A stretch of 64,000 bases of DNA, from positions 26,350-90,349 of the forward strand of contig CAYXJO010000002.1 in NCBI GenBank assembly GCA_964465205.1, in the 5' to 3' direction. Positions 36,981 to 46,976 of this stretch are shown here, one piece after another. Numbering within the stretch: the first letter of the stretch is position 1; each line of letters begins with the position of its first letter. Under the pieces are notes generated by a model, which ran no database searches, was not told the origin of the DNA, and saw only the letters and a program-made list of their open reading frames with translations. The translations under genes and the position numbers were made by a program. Source of the DNA: an uncultured Gammaproteobacteria bacterium (lineage in GTDB: Bacteria > Patescibacteriota > Patescibacteriia > Magasanikbacterales > GWA2-37-8).

Positions 36981-38354
36981 TTATTTCGGCAGCATCTTCT
37001 TGAAACTAGCCAACTCCGCATGATAAATCTTCGTCATCTTATTATTAAACTCTTCTGGCAAAGTTTCAGCATCTTTAGTAGTGGTAAAATGTTTGACATA
37101 TTCCGACCACGGATGCAGGTGTTTGAGTTTATTGCGGGTAAACAGTTTCGCATAAAGCGATTGGTAATTTTTTTTGTGCAACGCGTAGAAAGAAAAATCC
37201 AATTCGTGTGCCGACCCAGTAGCGAATTCTGTTCCAAAGTAATGGTCAAACATGTGGGGAGTACGTAGTAGATTTTTTTGGTAGCCTATTTTTGCCGGGT
37301 CTACATCAGCTACTGCAGCAAACAGGAACATGCGTGCGCATTTGTAACATTTGTGGCACCACTGCGACCCTTTTGGCAACGGAAGTTCCGCGCTACATGA
37401 AAATTGGTACTTGCCATATTCTGGGTAGCGATGATGCAAGATGTAGAAAATATTTATTTCATCTAATGGTTGAAATGTACTACGTACCCCGCATTGGTTA
37501 TTGGTGAGTAGGCGTACAATATTATTTTGATTGTCGGTGTTTTCTGGTGTCTGGTCACACGACAGCCATTCTTTCCAACCGTTGTTCCATTCGTATTCGT
37601 TGTTGGAATATTCACTGCCAAATAAAATGTATTTGGCGCCGTGTTTTAGAGCAAACGGTACCATCATTATGGCCAACACGGTAGTTTGTGTGCCCCAGCC
37701 TAGTTCGGTACGCGCAATACCAAAAGCTTTGCCGTAGCGGAATAATCCGGTGTCGTTTTGGAGAAAATAATATTTGAGGCCGAATTCTTTACTAAATTCT
37801 TTTAGTTTTTTCAATTTGTATGCCTGTTCATATGGTTGGGAAGGCTCCTGGCAGTATACCAAAATTGGTTCTATACCAACTTCGCGACAAAGAGCGACAG
37901 TGGTCAGGCTTTCTTTGCCAAAGGTAAATGGCACAATCGCCACTGGCTTTTTATTTTTTATAGTTTTGATTTCTTTTGGATCGGGGAAGGTAGAGTGCCC
38001 GCCCGGTTTGTAGACGGTTTCTAAATTATAGAATTGTTGTAAATAATGGAGTGTCGGTTTGTTATCGCCGGTCGCACAGTTTATTAAGTCTTGAATTTGA
38101 TTTTTGTATAATAGATTCTCTGTAATGGGCGGGTTGGTGTTATATATTACTTTTTTCTTTTTTAAAGCCAACGGCACCACTTGAGTGGTGGCGTAAGTGA
38201 GATTCTCCAGCAAAGTTTGCTTTACGGAATTGGGAATACCACGCCAGACTTCTGTAGGGTATTCAATATCGTAATGTTTTTTTTGAATATCAATACGGAC
38301 GCCGCGATTGGTCACATGGGCATCTATATATAAGACGTTTTTGTCAGAAGACAT
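36981..38354 (-). CDS. QueC-like / PP-loop-like adenine nucleotide alpha-hydrolase superfamily protein with C-terminal C-x12-C-x2-C-x2-C zinc motif and N-terminal extension (457 aa)
   Basis: Degenerate PP-loop VAIVPFTFGKESLTTVAL and Cys cluster CSAELPLPKGSQWCHKCYKC resembling the QueC zinc site. Start overlaps the stop of the upstream ATP-grasp gene. Confidence 0.45.
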   Translation of the reverse strand: MSSDKNVLYIDAHVTNRGVRIDIQKKHYDIEYPTEVWRGIPNSVKQTLLENLTYATTQVVPLALKKKKVIYNTNPPITENLLYKNQIQDLINCATGDNKPTLHYLQQFYNLETVYKPGGHSTFPDPKEIKTIKNKKPVAIVPFTFGKESLTTVALCREVGIEPILVYCQEPSQPYEQAYKLKKLKEFSKEFGLKYYFLQNDTGLFRYGKAFGIARTELGWGTQTTVLAIMMVPFALKHGAKYILFGSEYSNNEYEWNNGWKEWLSCDQTPENTDNQNNIVRLLTNNQCGVRSTFQPLDEINIFYILHHRYPEYGKYQFSCSAELPLPKGSQWCHKCYKCARMFLFAAVADVDPAKIGYQKNLLRTPHMFDHYFGTEFATGSAHELDFSFYALHKKNYQSLYAKLFTRNKLKHLHPWSEYVKHFTTTKDAETLPEEFNNKMTKIYHAELASFKKMLPK

Positions 38355-38356
38355 AA

Positions 38357-40768
38357 TTATTTAAGTGAGTATTTACTTTTGTTGTTTTTGTAACGAGTAA
38401 TTGCCAGCCAAATGATTTCTTCCACCAAGTCGGCATATTCCATGTTAATGATTTTTGCCGATGACACAAAATTACTATCAAAATCAATAGATGGGTGTGG
38501 GTTAATTTCGATTACAAATGGATTGCCTTCTTTGTCCACGCGAAATTCTACCCGGCCGTAGTCTTTGCAACCCATGATGCGATAGGTATCTAGAGCCACT
38601 TCGGTAATTAATGATTCTAGATTTTTTGAAATATTTTTGGGCGGACGTTGAATAGTAACATTGTTGTAATTATAATTTTGATTTTCTGTCCATTTCATTT
38701 CATAAGGGAAAAATGGCCAATTGCCCGCCGGCATTTTGTCAAAAATGTAGCGCGATAGCGGCAATACACGCAGATCTTGGTCTGTATTGCCCAGTATGCA
38801 AACATCGTATTCCTCACCTTCAATGAATTCTTCTACTAGCGCTGGACCGCCGTATTGATCGAATATTTCCTTTATTTGGTTGCGTAGTTGTTCTTGGTTT
38901 ACTACTATCGATTTGGCGGTAATGCCATTGCTGCCATCTTGGCTAGCTGGTTTGACAATTAGAGGGAAACGCAGATCCTCATCTATTTCTTCATCTGGCG
39001 TGGTAGCGTAATCCCATTTTGGTATTGGTATTTCGTGAAATTCAAGTATTTTTTTCATTTTTATTTTATCCAGACACATGCCCAGAGTCGAGTAGTTGGA
39101 TCCGGTAAATGGTATTTGCAGTATTTCAAGCATGGCCGCCATATGAGGTTCGTAGGTGCTAGAGCTGTTTAACATGTCGCATAGGTTGAACACCACGTCA
39201 ACGTCACTTTCGCGTAGTTGGTTAAAAGCTTTGATATGATCGGAGAAGTCGTAGTAAGATATTTTGTAGCCGCGTTGTTGCAGCATGGCGCCAAATTGCT
39301 GGATTTCTTCGGCACTGTATTGATCCGGGTCCAGATTGTTATCCATACCTTCGACCGCGATACCAATATGTAGTGAGCGTTTATTCTCGGCTGTTACGCG
39401 TTTTACTTTTTCCAAACGTGCGGCTTTGAGTAGAGCTTTTTTGTTTAATACCGCCGCGGACAGGCGAGTTTTGCGCGAAGTTTTACCAAGGGAAGATTGT
39501 TGATCAAATTTAGCCACTTTGTATTTAATGTAGTTCAAAGCGTCACGCAGATTATCTTGCGCATCTAGAAAATTTTCTCCTGATACTGTAAGCCACCCCA
39601 AACTGTCGTATCCTTCTGGCGGCAATAATACCGGCTCACCCACGTCTTTATATAAATGTATTTCTTCAAAATATTTTTTACGTCGTAATTCGTCATCAAC
39701 ATTTAATTCCACCAATAATCCCGACGATTCAGGGTGGAGGTCCCAGCCTACAATATACTTTTTTGGTCGATCGGGTTTACGAATTTTAATATATTGTCCA
39801 GTGGCGATTTTTACTGCGTTTTCGATTAGGTCCAGGTCCCAAGAAGCGCGATTGTATGAGTAAACGTAATCTCCGCCCATACGCAAATTGAGTTCGATTG
39901 GCACTGGGCCTTGCGGGGTAGATTTGGCTTCATAATGCACTAGACAGTTTTCGATGCCGAATTTTTCCAGGGTCTCTTCCGCCATGTCAATCAGAGCCTC
40001 TTGATTGTGTTCGGGTAGGGTCGAGGGGATAGATTGCCCTTTGTCGAGAAAGAATTGATCCCAAGTTTTATTGAAGTTATCGGATATGGTGTAGAACTTT
40101 ACTTTACCATTTTGTAATACCACATCAATATCCACTTCGTCTCCATCTAGAAATTCTTCAACAAAAATATCCAATCCATCAGACAGGGCAGATTCGGTTT
40201 CAGAAGATATGTTTTTCTTTATGTAATTGTAAGTATTAGTTAGTTCTTCTTTGTTTTCCACACGCACCACATAGGCACTGCTGGCGCCATAAGCCGGTTT
40301 AATTACCAGTGGGAAATTAAAACTACTAGCGATCATTTCTAAATCTTCGCTATTTTTAGCCATTTTGTGGCGGGGAGCGCGAATGCCGTGCTTTTCGCAC
40401 AGCTCGCGGAATAGATATTTATTACGAACTTGTTTGGCAACATTATATGGTACGCCAATAAAATTAAATCGGTCTGTTATTTTGGAAGTAAGTAGTACGT
40501 CATCTTCCCAAAAGGTGAGCGCACCGTCAATTTTTTTGTTTTGATCATTTTTAATATAGGCATCAACCGCCTTGATAGCTTCGCTATGGTTGTAAGTGTC
40601 GGCGATAATCCACTCGTCAATATATGGTTGCGCCCAATTTTTTTCTTTGTTGAGTACAATAATATACAGACCCAATTTTTTTAGGCGCTGTAGTATGAAT
40701 TTCTTTTTTGGGGAGCCGGTGTTAACCAGCAAAATTACCTTCCCGTTAAGTTCGGAGTTGTTTTCCAT
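38357..40768 (-). CDS. Tandem ATP-grasp domain ligase (803 aa; two Ddl/RimK-like ATP-grasp modules)
   Basis: Module 1 FPLVIKPAYGASSAYVVRV...FVEEFLDGDEVDIDVV. Module 2 RFPLIVKPASQDGSNGITAK...LVEEFIEGEEYDVCILG...GRVEFRVDKEGNPFVIEINPHPS. Confidence 0.75.
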   Translation of the reverse strand: MENNSELNGKVILLVNTGSPKKKFILQRLKKLGLYIIVLNKEKNWAQPYIDEWIIADTYNHSEAIKAVDAYIKNDQNKKIDGALTFWEDDVLLTSKITDRFNFIGVPYNVAKQVRNKYLFRELCEKHGIRAPRHKMAKNSEDLEMIASSFNFPLVIKPAYGASSAYVVRVENKEELTNTYNYIKKNISSETESALSDGLDIFVEEFLDGDEVDIDVVLQNGKVKFYTISDNFNKTWDQFFLDKGQSIPSTLPEHNQEALIDMAEETLEKFGIENCLVHYEAKSTPQGPVPIELNLRMGGDYVYSYNRASWDLDLIENAVKIATGQYIKIRKPDRPKKYIVGWDLHPESSGLLVELNVDDELRRKKYFEEIHLYKDVGEPVLLPPEGYDSLGWLTVSGENFLDAQDNLRDALNYIKYKVAKFDQQSSLGKTSRKTRLSAAVLNKKALLKAARLEKVKRVTAENKRSLHIGIAVEGMDNNLDPDQYSAEEIQQFGAMLQQRGYKISYYDFSDHIKAFNQLRESDVDVVFNLCDMLNSSSTYEPHMAAMLEILQIPFTGSNYSTLGMCLDKIKMKKILEFHEIPIPKWDYATTPDEEIDEDLRFPLIVKPASQDGSNGITAKSIVVNQEQLRNQIKEIFDQYGGPALVEEFIEGEEYDVCILGNTDQDLRVLPLSRYIFDKMPAGNWPFFPYEMKWTENQNYNYNNVTIQRPPKNISKNLESLITEVALDTYRIMGCKDYGRVEFRVDKEGNPFVIEINPHPSIDFDSNFVSSAKIINMEYADLVEEIIWLAITRYKNNKSKYSLK

Positions 40769-40880
40769 GTGTAATCGTGTCTATGAGAATATTATAATAG
40801 ATGAATTTATTTGTCAACAATTTTTTGAGCAAAATTGACAGTTCGTAAGTGGTCTAGTAAGATTAAGGAGATAAATTTTT

Positions 40881-41765
40881 ATGGAGATCAAAATCGAGAC
40901 TGACAAAAAACGTTGCGAAGAAATTTGGCGGGCATTATCGCCCCAGTTTTATTTGTATGATGACTGGGATTTTAGAAAATTATTTGCCGATGCGTACGGA
41001 TTTCCGCTCTATTTTATAGTTGGCTACGAACAAGATATGCCTGTGGCTTTGTTGCCCCTCGAGTTTGATACCGAGAAACGTTATTATGAATATTGGGGCG
41101 GTTTTTTTATGGAATTTAATCGGGTATTTGTACGCCCCGGTGCAAATGTAGATATCCAACTTCTTTATGATGCCGTGCCCAAACCCATGAAGCTAGTTTG
41201 CGCCGAATCTAGCGAAAATAAAGTAAATGGTTTTGTGGTAGATGGCTTTACTTATACTCTGGATATTCAAAATATGCAGGGCGTGGAAGACTATTTGTTG
41301 CGTGAATTTTCTGCCAAACGTCGCAAGAACATTCGCAATACTGTAGATAAAGCGTTGGTGTCCGGATTAGTAACCGGCAAAGGTGATTGGCGTGATCTGA
41401 GCAAATTATTCCAATACAATATTGATCGGTTTGCAGATGAATCTTCTTTTCATGATCAACACGAACAAGAAATTTTTAAACAATTTGCTTCTCTATCGCT
41501 ACCTTGGGAGATTGTCGTGCTGCGGCACGGCGAAGAAGTGGTAGCGGTATCCATTGGGTGCCTGTATAAAGATCGTTATCAGTATTTGGCGGTCGGGTCT
41601 GACTTTGCTCGTGCTTCTGGCGCGGGGACGGTGTTGTGGCTTGAACATGTAACTCGCGCCATCCAATATGGTGCCAAATTTATCGATGCCGGCAGCCATG
41701 ATTGTGGCTGGAAAGAGCTTTGGCATCTTACCAAAATACCCTTGTTTGACAGGGTGATATTGTAA
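40881..41765 (+). CDS. FemAB/CelD-type GNAT-fold protein (Acetyltransf_6 / BioF2-like family)
   Basis: 294 aa. C-terminal FIDAGSHDCGWKELW motif is typical of the CelD/FemAB-like GNAT family. Divergently oriented from the ATP-grasp operon. Confidence 0.55.
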   Translation: MEIKIETDKKRCEEIWRALSPQFYLYDDWDFRKLFADAYGFPLYFIVGYEQDMPVALLPLEFDTEKRYYEYWGGFFMEFNRVFVRPGANVDIQLLYDAVPKPMKLVCAESSENKVNGFVVDGFTYTLDIQNMQGVEDYLLREFSAKRRKNIRNTVDKALVSGLVTGKGDWRDLSKLFQYNIDRFADESSFHDQHEQEIFKQFASLSLPWEIVVLRHGEEVVAVSIGCLYKDRYQYLAVGSDFARASGAGTVLWLEHVTRAIQYGAKFIDAGSHDCGWKELWHLTKIPLFDRVIL

Positions 41766-41851
41766 TTTTGGGGTTTGACTTTTGGTGTTGTAGGTATTAC
41801 GATAGAATAATCCAATTGATTAAATTAGAGGTATTATTTGTTGGTTAAATT

Positions 41852-43687
41852 ATGATTAAATTTGCTGAAGGTTTTCGGGTTGATGCAGCCAATCGTCTGA
41901 GAGTAGATAATGTTAAGGAATTGCCAAATTTTATTTTGGCCGGTCGTGATATCCGCGCGGCGTTGCGTGAAAAAACACGCGAGGTCGGGTTACCGGATTT
42001 ACCGCACAGCATACATAGTGCGGAGGATTTTTCTGTTCAGGCGCGTGAACAGGTGGGGCGCTATTGGGTAGAAACCGTAGGTGAACAAGCGGCTAGACAG
42101 GCGACAGAGTGGGCCGGTGAGATTGGTGATGAAGATGAGTACCAGGAGTTAAAATCAAATTTGGTTGACCCTGCGAAATTAGAAGAATGTTTGCAAAGTC
42201 GCAAATTAGCTGCGTTTGAACAATTACGTGTTGTAAATCCAGATGCTTGGAAAACATTATTAATTTATTCTCACGAACGACAGCTAGCATCGGTTGAACT
42301 CGCGCGTCATTGGATAAAAACAGCCGATGACGAATATTTACAACCAACTGGTCTAAGTAAAAAAGAATGGACAGTGTTCTTGTATTTCGCCGGTATTTTA
42401 GGCAAATACTTTGATCAAGCTTATATCAAACAGATGGAGATGGCGGATCTAGACGGAGGTTCTGAAGAGAGTGAGTTATCTGAATTATCGGGCGGAGAAT
42501 CTTTGTATGATTTTGAAGTAGGGGATACTAAAGAAGTAAAAACCTATAAAGAAATGTTCACTTTGGAATGGCCGAAAATAGTAGATCGTATGAATTTTTT
42601 GGCGGATAAAGTCGAGCAAATGGTAAAAAGTAACGACTTGCCAGCAGATAAATATGCAAATTTAGCTGGTTTTATTCGTCAGGCAGCAGAAGCTTATGGT
42701 TCAGAAGACAAAGATCCCGCTGTACTGGATAAAATATGGCAGAATTTATATGAGGCTGGTACTGAACTAATCAAAGATGGTTGCCCAATAGTATTTGTGC
42801 CACAAGGAAGTGCCGAAGTGACAGGCGACGCCGGTAAGGTGGATGTAGAAATGCGTTTAGCTCTCCACACAAATAAAGAGAAAGAGTTGGAATATCAGTT
42901 TGATGGTGTGCATCACAATGCTCAAATGATGGTGAATGAGCGCATTAACTATTTGAATGATAAAAATTTTAAAGTTCCGGATGTGGTTTTGAGTGTCCAG
43001 CCGTTTGCTTTTGGTCCAAATTTACATGCTGTCACTGAAGGTGAAGCGGGCGAAAAGTTTATGCTGGTGAATGTTGACGCCGTCAAAGAGGCGGCGGGTA
43101 GACAATACAAAATATTACAAAAAGTTTTTTCTGTAGACGATATTGATACCAATAAATTTGAACGAGCAGTATTAAGCGATACTGTGAATCACGAATTATC
43201 ACATAATATAATGAGCACTGACGATAAGGCAGTGAAAAAGAGAATTGGTTATAGCAGTAATGTCGGAATTTTAGATGAGATAAAAGCTGACACATTGGGG
43301 ATCGGATTGTCTGTGAATACAACCAGTGATGAAGAGGGTGATAGATATGTATTATTATCCAAAATTAGCACTGTACTGACGTCAACCATAGGCAAAACTG
43401 GTATTATGGAGCGAGATCCGCATTATTTTGCTGGAGCCGCAATAATTGCTGAGCTACTGGATCAAGGAATAATTGTACAGCGAGAAAAACAATTTGTCAT
43501 TACAGATGTTCGTAAAGGTTTGTCTGTCCTTGCCGATTTGGGTAATACTGTTTTACAAACTATGTATTGTAATGAACAAGCCACACCCAAAGACACTGCT
43601 AAATATATCAGTGGATTAAAGAAAAAAATAAAAAATTCCGGTTTTAATAATTTTAAAAATTTAATTGATTTAGAATATGTTAGTTAA
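41852..43687 (+). CDS. Hypothetical 611-aa protein with HExxH motif (VNHELSHN); possible zinc-dependent hydrolase
   Basis: ORF. Single HELSH motif. No other recognisable domain. Confidence 0.45.
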   Translation: MIKFAEGFRVDAANRLRVDNVKELPNFILAGRDIRAALREKTREVGLPDLPHSIHSAEDFSVQAREQVGRYWVETVGEQAARQATEWAGEIGDEDEYQELKSNLVDPAKLEECLQSRKLAAFEQLRVVNPDAWKTLLIYSHERQLASVELARHWIKTADDEYLQPTGLSKKEWTVFLYFAGILGKYFDQAYIKQMEMADLDGGSEESELSELSGGESLYDFEVGDTKEVKTYKEMFTLEWPKIVDRMNFLADKVEQMVKSNDLPADKYANLAGFIRQAAEAYGSEDKDPAVLDKIWQNLYEAGTELIKDGCPIVFVPQGSAEVTGDAGKVDVEMRLALHTNKEKELEYQFDGVHHNAQMMVNERINYLNDKNFKVPDVVLSVQPFAFGPNLHAVTEGEAGEKFMLVNVDAVKEAAGRQYKILQKVFSVDDIDTNKFERAVLSDTVNHELSHNIMSTDDKAVKKRIGYSSNVGILDEIKADTLGIGLSVNTTSDEEGDRYVLLSKISTVLTSTIGKTGIMERDPHYFAGAAIIAELLDQGIIVQREKQFVITDVRKGLSVLADLGNTVLQTMYCNEQATPKDTAKYISGLKKKIKNSGFNNFKNLIDLEYVS

Positions 43688-44639
43688 ACAAATATTTGCA
43701 TTGGGATTAAAGTTGGGTATGGCTGCCGATCCGCGCGGTACCAAAGGTGTAAGCTCGTATTTAGCAAATGTAAAAAAAGAATTTGATAATTTGAAGCCTA
43801 AGGATAAACCGTATTTTGATGAGGAGCGCCTAAACAACCCCTATGTGGACAGTCGAGTGCATGTGGATGATGGTAAGACCGAAGTTAAACGTGTTTTGAC
43901 TGGTATTGATATTGGCGATGGCGAAATAATGCTGGCGTCACAGTTGGGCGAGCGCAATAAAAAAATTGACTTGGTGATTGCACACCATCCCATTGGTCGG
44001 GGTTTGGCCGATTTGCATGGAGTGATGGATATGACGGTAACTGTTTGGGAAAAAATGGGCGTGCCGGTGCATGTCGCCGAAAAAATTATGGAAGAGCGCG
44101 TGCGCGAGGTGGGGCGTGGCGTACATCCAGCCAATCATTATCGCCTCATCAACATGGCCGAACTTCTCAAAGTAAATTTGATCAATACCCATACCATTAC
44201 GGATAATTTGGTGAATAATTTTTTGCAAGAATTTCTAACGAAGCGCGCACCCCACACGATTGGTGATTTGGTAGATTGTCTGCTCGAAATTCCGGAATAT
44301 AGTGAAGCCAAAAAACGCGGCGCTGGTCCCAGTTTGTTTGCTGGCAGCCCCAAACACCGTGTGGGTAAATGGCTACTCGAAATGACCGGTGGCACCAATC
44401 CGAGTGATAAAGTGTATAAAGAGCTCTCTAATTACGGCATTTCCACTATTATCGGCATGCACATGAAAGATGGCGCGCGCGATATTGCCAATGAACATCA
44501 TATGAATGTGGTAATTGCCGGGCATATGGCTTCGGATTCGCTCGGCATGAATTTATTTTTGGACGAGCTCGAGAAAAAAGGTATTGAGATTGTGCCGTGC
44601 AGCGGTCTTATTCGTGTGAATAGAAATAAGAAAAAATAA
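43677..44639 (+). CDS. Nif3-family (YqfO/YbgI, DUF34) dinuclear-metal-centre protein
   Basis: DLVIAHHP and VIAGHMASDSLG motifs. Overlaps the preceding gene by 11 nt. Confidence 0.7.
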   Translation: MLVKQIFALGLKLGMAADPRGTKGVSSYLANVKKEFDNLKPKDKPYFDEERLNNPYVDSRVHVDDGKTEVKRVLTGIDIGDGEIMLASQLGERNKKIDLVIAHHPIGRGLADLHGVMDMTVTVWEKMGVPVHVAEKIMEERVREVGRGVHPANHYRLINMAELLKVNLINTHTITDNLVNNFLQEFLTKRAPHTIGDLVDCLLEIPEYSEAKKRGAGPSLFAGSPKHRVGKWLLEMTGGTNPSDKVYKELSNYGISTIIGMHMKDGARDIANEHHMNVVIAGHMASDSLGMNLFLDELEKKGIEIVPCSGLIRVNRNKKK

Positions 44640-44643
44640 TTTT

Positions 44644-44823
44644 ATGCCTATAGAGTTTATTTTGTTGACATTAGTGGCGAGTGGGCTGATGATTATGATT
44701 GTCAGATTATTATTGATATTTACCAAAAGACACAATTTCAAAAAATTTTTAATATGGGGGGTTTTGGTATGGGTTTTATTTATTATGGCTTTATTTTTGG
44801 TTGGATCAAAAATACATTTTTGA
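44644..44823 (+). CDS. Possible small 2-TM membrane protein (59 aa) wedged between the Nif3 gene and ruvA
   Basis: ORF below the track cutoff: MPIEFILLTLVASGLMIMIVRLLLIFTKRHNFKKFLIWGVLVWVLFIMALFLVGSKIHF. Starts 4 nt after the Nif3 stop and ends 1 nt before the ruvA ATG. Confidence 0.3.
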   Translation: MPIEFILLTLVASGLMIMIVRLLLIFTKRHNFKKFLIWGVLVWVLFIMALFLVGSKIHF

Positions 44824-44824
44824 T

Positions 44825-45391
44825 ATGATTAGTATTATAAAGGGTTTTGTTTTACAGAATTCTGGTACAGAAATTATAGTGATGACTTCGTCAGGTGTTG
44901 GTTATAATATTTTTGTCAGTCCGGCGCGTAGCGATGTGTGGAAGGTGGGGGCTGAGGCAGAAATTTTGACCTGTCATATTGTGCGCGAAGACAGCCAAGA
45001 GTTATTTGGGTTTGGCAATGAGACCGAAAGAGAGTTGTTCAATAAATTATTATCCGTGTCCGGGATTGGTCCCAAAAGCGCTCTGCGTCTGATGTCGCTC
45101 GGAACGGTAGAGGAGATCGGTGCAGCCATCAATCGTGGGGACTTGGTGTATTTGACCAAAGTGAGCGGTATTGGCAGTAAAACAGCCGAGAGGATTGTGG
45201 TGGAATTACGTGGGAAGATCGGCAAAAATGTAGAAATCATTGAAGGGGGAGATGTACTGGGCGATGTGGTGGAGGGTTTGATGGCTCTCGGCTATTCTGC
45301 ATCCGAGGCGCGAGCGGTTGTGAAGCCGCTTAATTCTGCTGGTAAAACCAGCGAGCAATTACTCAAAGAAGCGTTACAAAAAATGAAATAA
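44825..45391 (+). CDS. ruvA: Holliday junction branch-migration protein RuvA
   Basis: MISIIKGFV..., two HhH motifs (LLSVSGIGPKSALRLMS, LTKVSGIGSKTAERIVVEL) and C-terminal domain III. Confidence 0.9.
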   Translation: MISIIKGFVLQNSGTEIIVMTSSGVGYNIFVSPARSDVWKVGAEAEILTCHIVREDSQELFGFGNETERELFNKLLSVSGIGPKSALRLMSLGTVEEIGAAINRGDLVYLTKVSGIGSKTAERIVVELRGKIGKNVEIIEGGDVLGDVVEGLMALGYSASEARAVVKPLNSAGKTSEQLLKEALQKMK

Positions 45392-45534
45392 CAAGGAGGC
45401 AAAGATGCACATTTTTTTGGCCCTCTTGGCGGGGGTATCGTTTGTGGGAGGTTTGTGGTCTGGTTACAAATTGTTCCGACTTTTTTGTCGGACACGTTCG
45501 GGGCTAAAATAGCCCCTCTTTTATTTTGGTAAAT

Positions 45535-46482
45535 TTATATTGTTTTCCCCAGTAGCCAAAGAATAATCGCTTTTTGAATATGTTTGCGATTTTCCGCTTG
45601 GTCAAAAATGATGGAATTTTTATGATCAATGGCGTCGCGGGTGATCTCATAGCCGATATGGCAGGGCATGCAGTGCATGATTTTGCATTGGGGCGCGTAG
45701 TTATGAATCAATGCAGTATTCAATTGGAACGGCATAAAAGTGGATTTGCGACGTTGATATTCAGATTCGAATTCCGGCACTACTTTGCCGTCTTTGAAAA
45801 ATTCCATATCCATCCAAGTGTCTGTGTGGACGTAATCGCTGTTGGTCATTGCCTCTTTCAGGTCAGTGGTATAAGTGACCATACCAGTGTCATTAGCCAT
45901 TTTGTTTAATGCTTCGTCCACACTGGGGCCGTTGGCTTCGGGTGCGGCTATGGCCACTTTGATGCCCAACTTCGCGCAGGCTAGTTTTAGGGTATTTGAA
46001 ACGTTGTTTTCAATTCCGAGCCAGGTAATTTTTTTCACATTTTCCAACCCTCCGGAATGTTCAGACATGGTAAGAATATCCCCGAGCGCTTGGCAAGGGT
46101 GGTATTTTTCACTACAAGCGTCGATAACCGGTATTTGGCTATAAGACGCCGCTTGTTCGACATCAGCCGCCTTGAGAGCGCGCATCATGAGTACATCGCC
46201 GAAACGCATCACCGCGCGAATTTCGTCGCCAAAATCCGTGAGAGCGAATTGAGTGTTGCGCGCATCCAAATAAATTCCGTGGCCGCCCAGCTCTGTCATA
46301 CCGGCTTCAAATGACAATCTGGTGCGGGTTGAAGTTTTTTGGAACAACATGATTAGGGTTTGGTTTGGCAGTATGTCCACTGTCTCGCCGGCTTTGTATT
46401 TGGCTTTTAACCTTTGGGCAATTCCCAAAATTTCTAAAATATCTTCTCGACTTTGTTCTTTGAGCGATATAAGGTGACGCAT
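45535..46482 (-). CDS. Ornithine carbamoyltransferase family protein (STRTR...HPxQxLxD...HCxP)
   Basis: [32 protein letters not shown] and IMHCMPCH match the OTC pattern (HCLP-type rather than the HPLP of ATCase). Confidence 0.75.
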   Translation of the reverse strand: MRHLISLKEQSREDILEILGIAQRLKAKYKAGETVDILPNQTLIMLFQKTSTRTRLSFEAGMTELGGHGIYLDARNTQFALTDFGDEIRAVMRFGDVLMMRALKAADVEQAASYSQIPVIDACSEKYHPCQALGDILTMSEHSGGLENVKKITWLGIENNVSNTLKLACAKLGIKVAIAAPEANGPSVDEALNKMANDTGMVTYTTDLKEAMTNSDYVHTDTWMDMEFFKDGKVVPEFESEYQRRKSTFMPFQLNTALIHNYAPQCKIMHCMPCHIGYEITRDAIDHKNSIIFDQAENRKHIQKAIILWLLGKTI

Positions 46483-46485
46483 AAA

Positions 46486-46959
46486 TTAGATTTTATAATC
46501 TTTAATTTCATCTTGCGAATAGGTGCGTTCGCAATAATGACATTTTAATTGTACCATTTTTTCGGCCTGTACGTGAAATATGGTATTCATGGGTTCGTGA
46601 TTAGTAATGCATTTGATATTGGGACACACAATCAACTGTTCAATTGTATCTGGAATTTCCGCTTGAAATTTTTTGTATATTTCAAAGTTGCGAATAATGT
46701 TTATGGTGGCTTCGGGCGCGAGAATCGCTACGCGAGATATTTCCTCTGGGGTTAACTCGCGATTTTCCACTTTGATCAAGTCTTTAAATTTTAATTTTTT
46801 ACTGGGAAAATTTAATCCCACACTGACAATGTGGTTGTCGCTGGCCAAATTGAGGATGCGAATTATTTTGAGTGCTTGTCCGGCGGCGATGTGGTCAATA
46901 GCCGTACCGTCTTTGATGGCAAATACCTTGAACGCGCGTAGATTGTTTTGCGGTTTCAT
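46486..46959 (-). CDS. pyrI: Aspartate carbamoyltransferase regulatory subunit PyrI
   Basis: Zinc domain CPNIKCITNHEP...CHYCERTY. Size is 157 aa, immediately downstream of pyrB. Confidence 0.85.
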   Translation of the reverse strand: MKPQNNLRAFKVFAIKDGTAIDHIAAGQALKIIRILNLASDNHIVSVGLNFPSKKLKFKDLIKVENRELTPEEISRVAILAPEATINIIRNFEIYKKFQAEIPDTIEQLIVCPNIKCITNHEPMNTIFHVQAEKMVQLKCHYCERTYSQDEIKDYKI

Positions 46960-46976
46960 ATTGAGTGAGTAATTAA

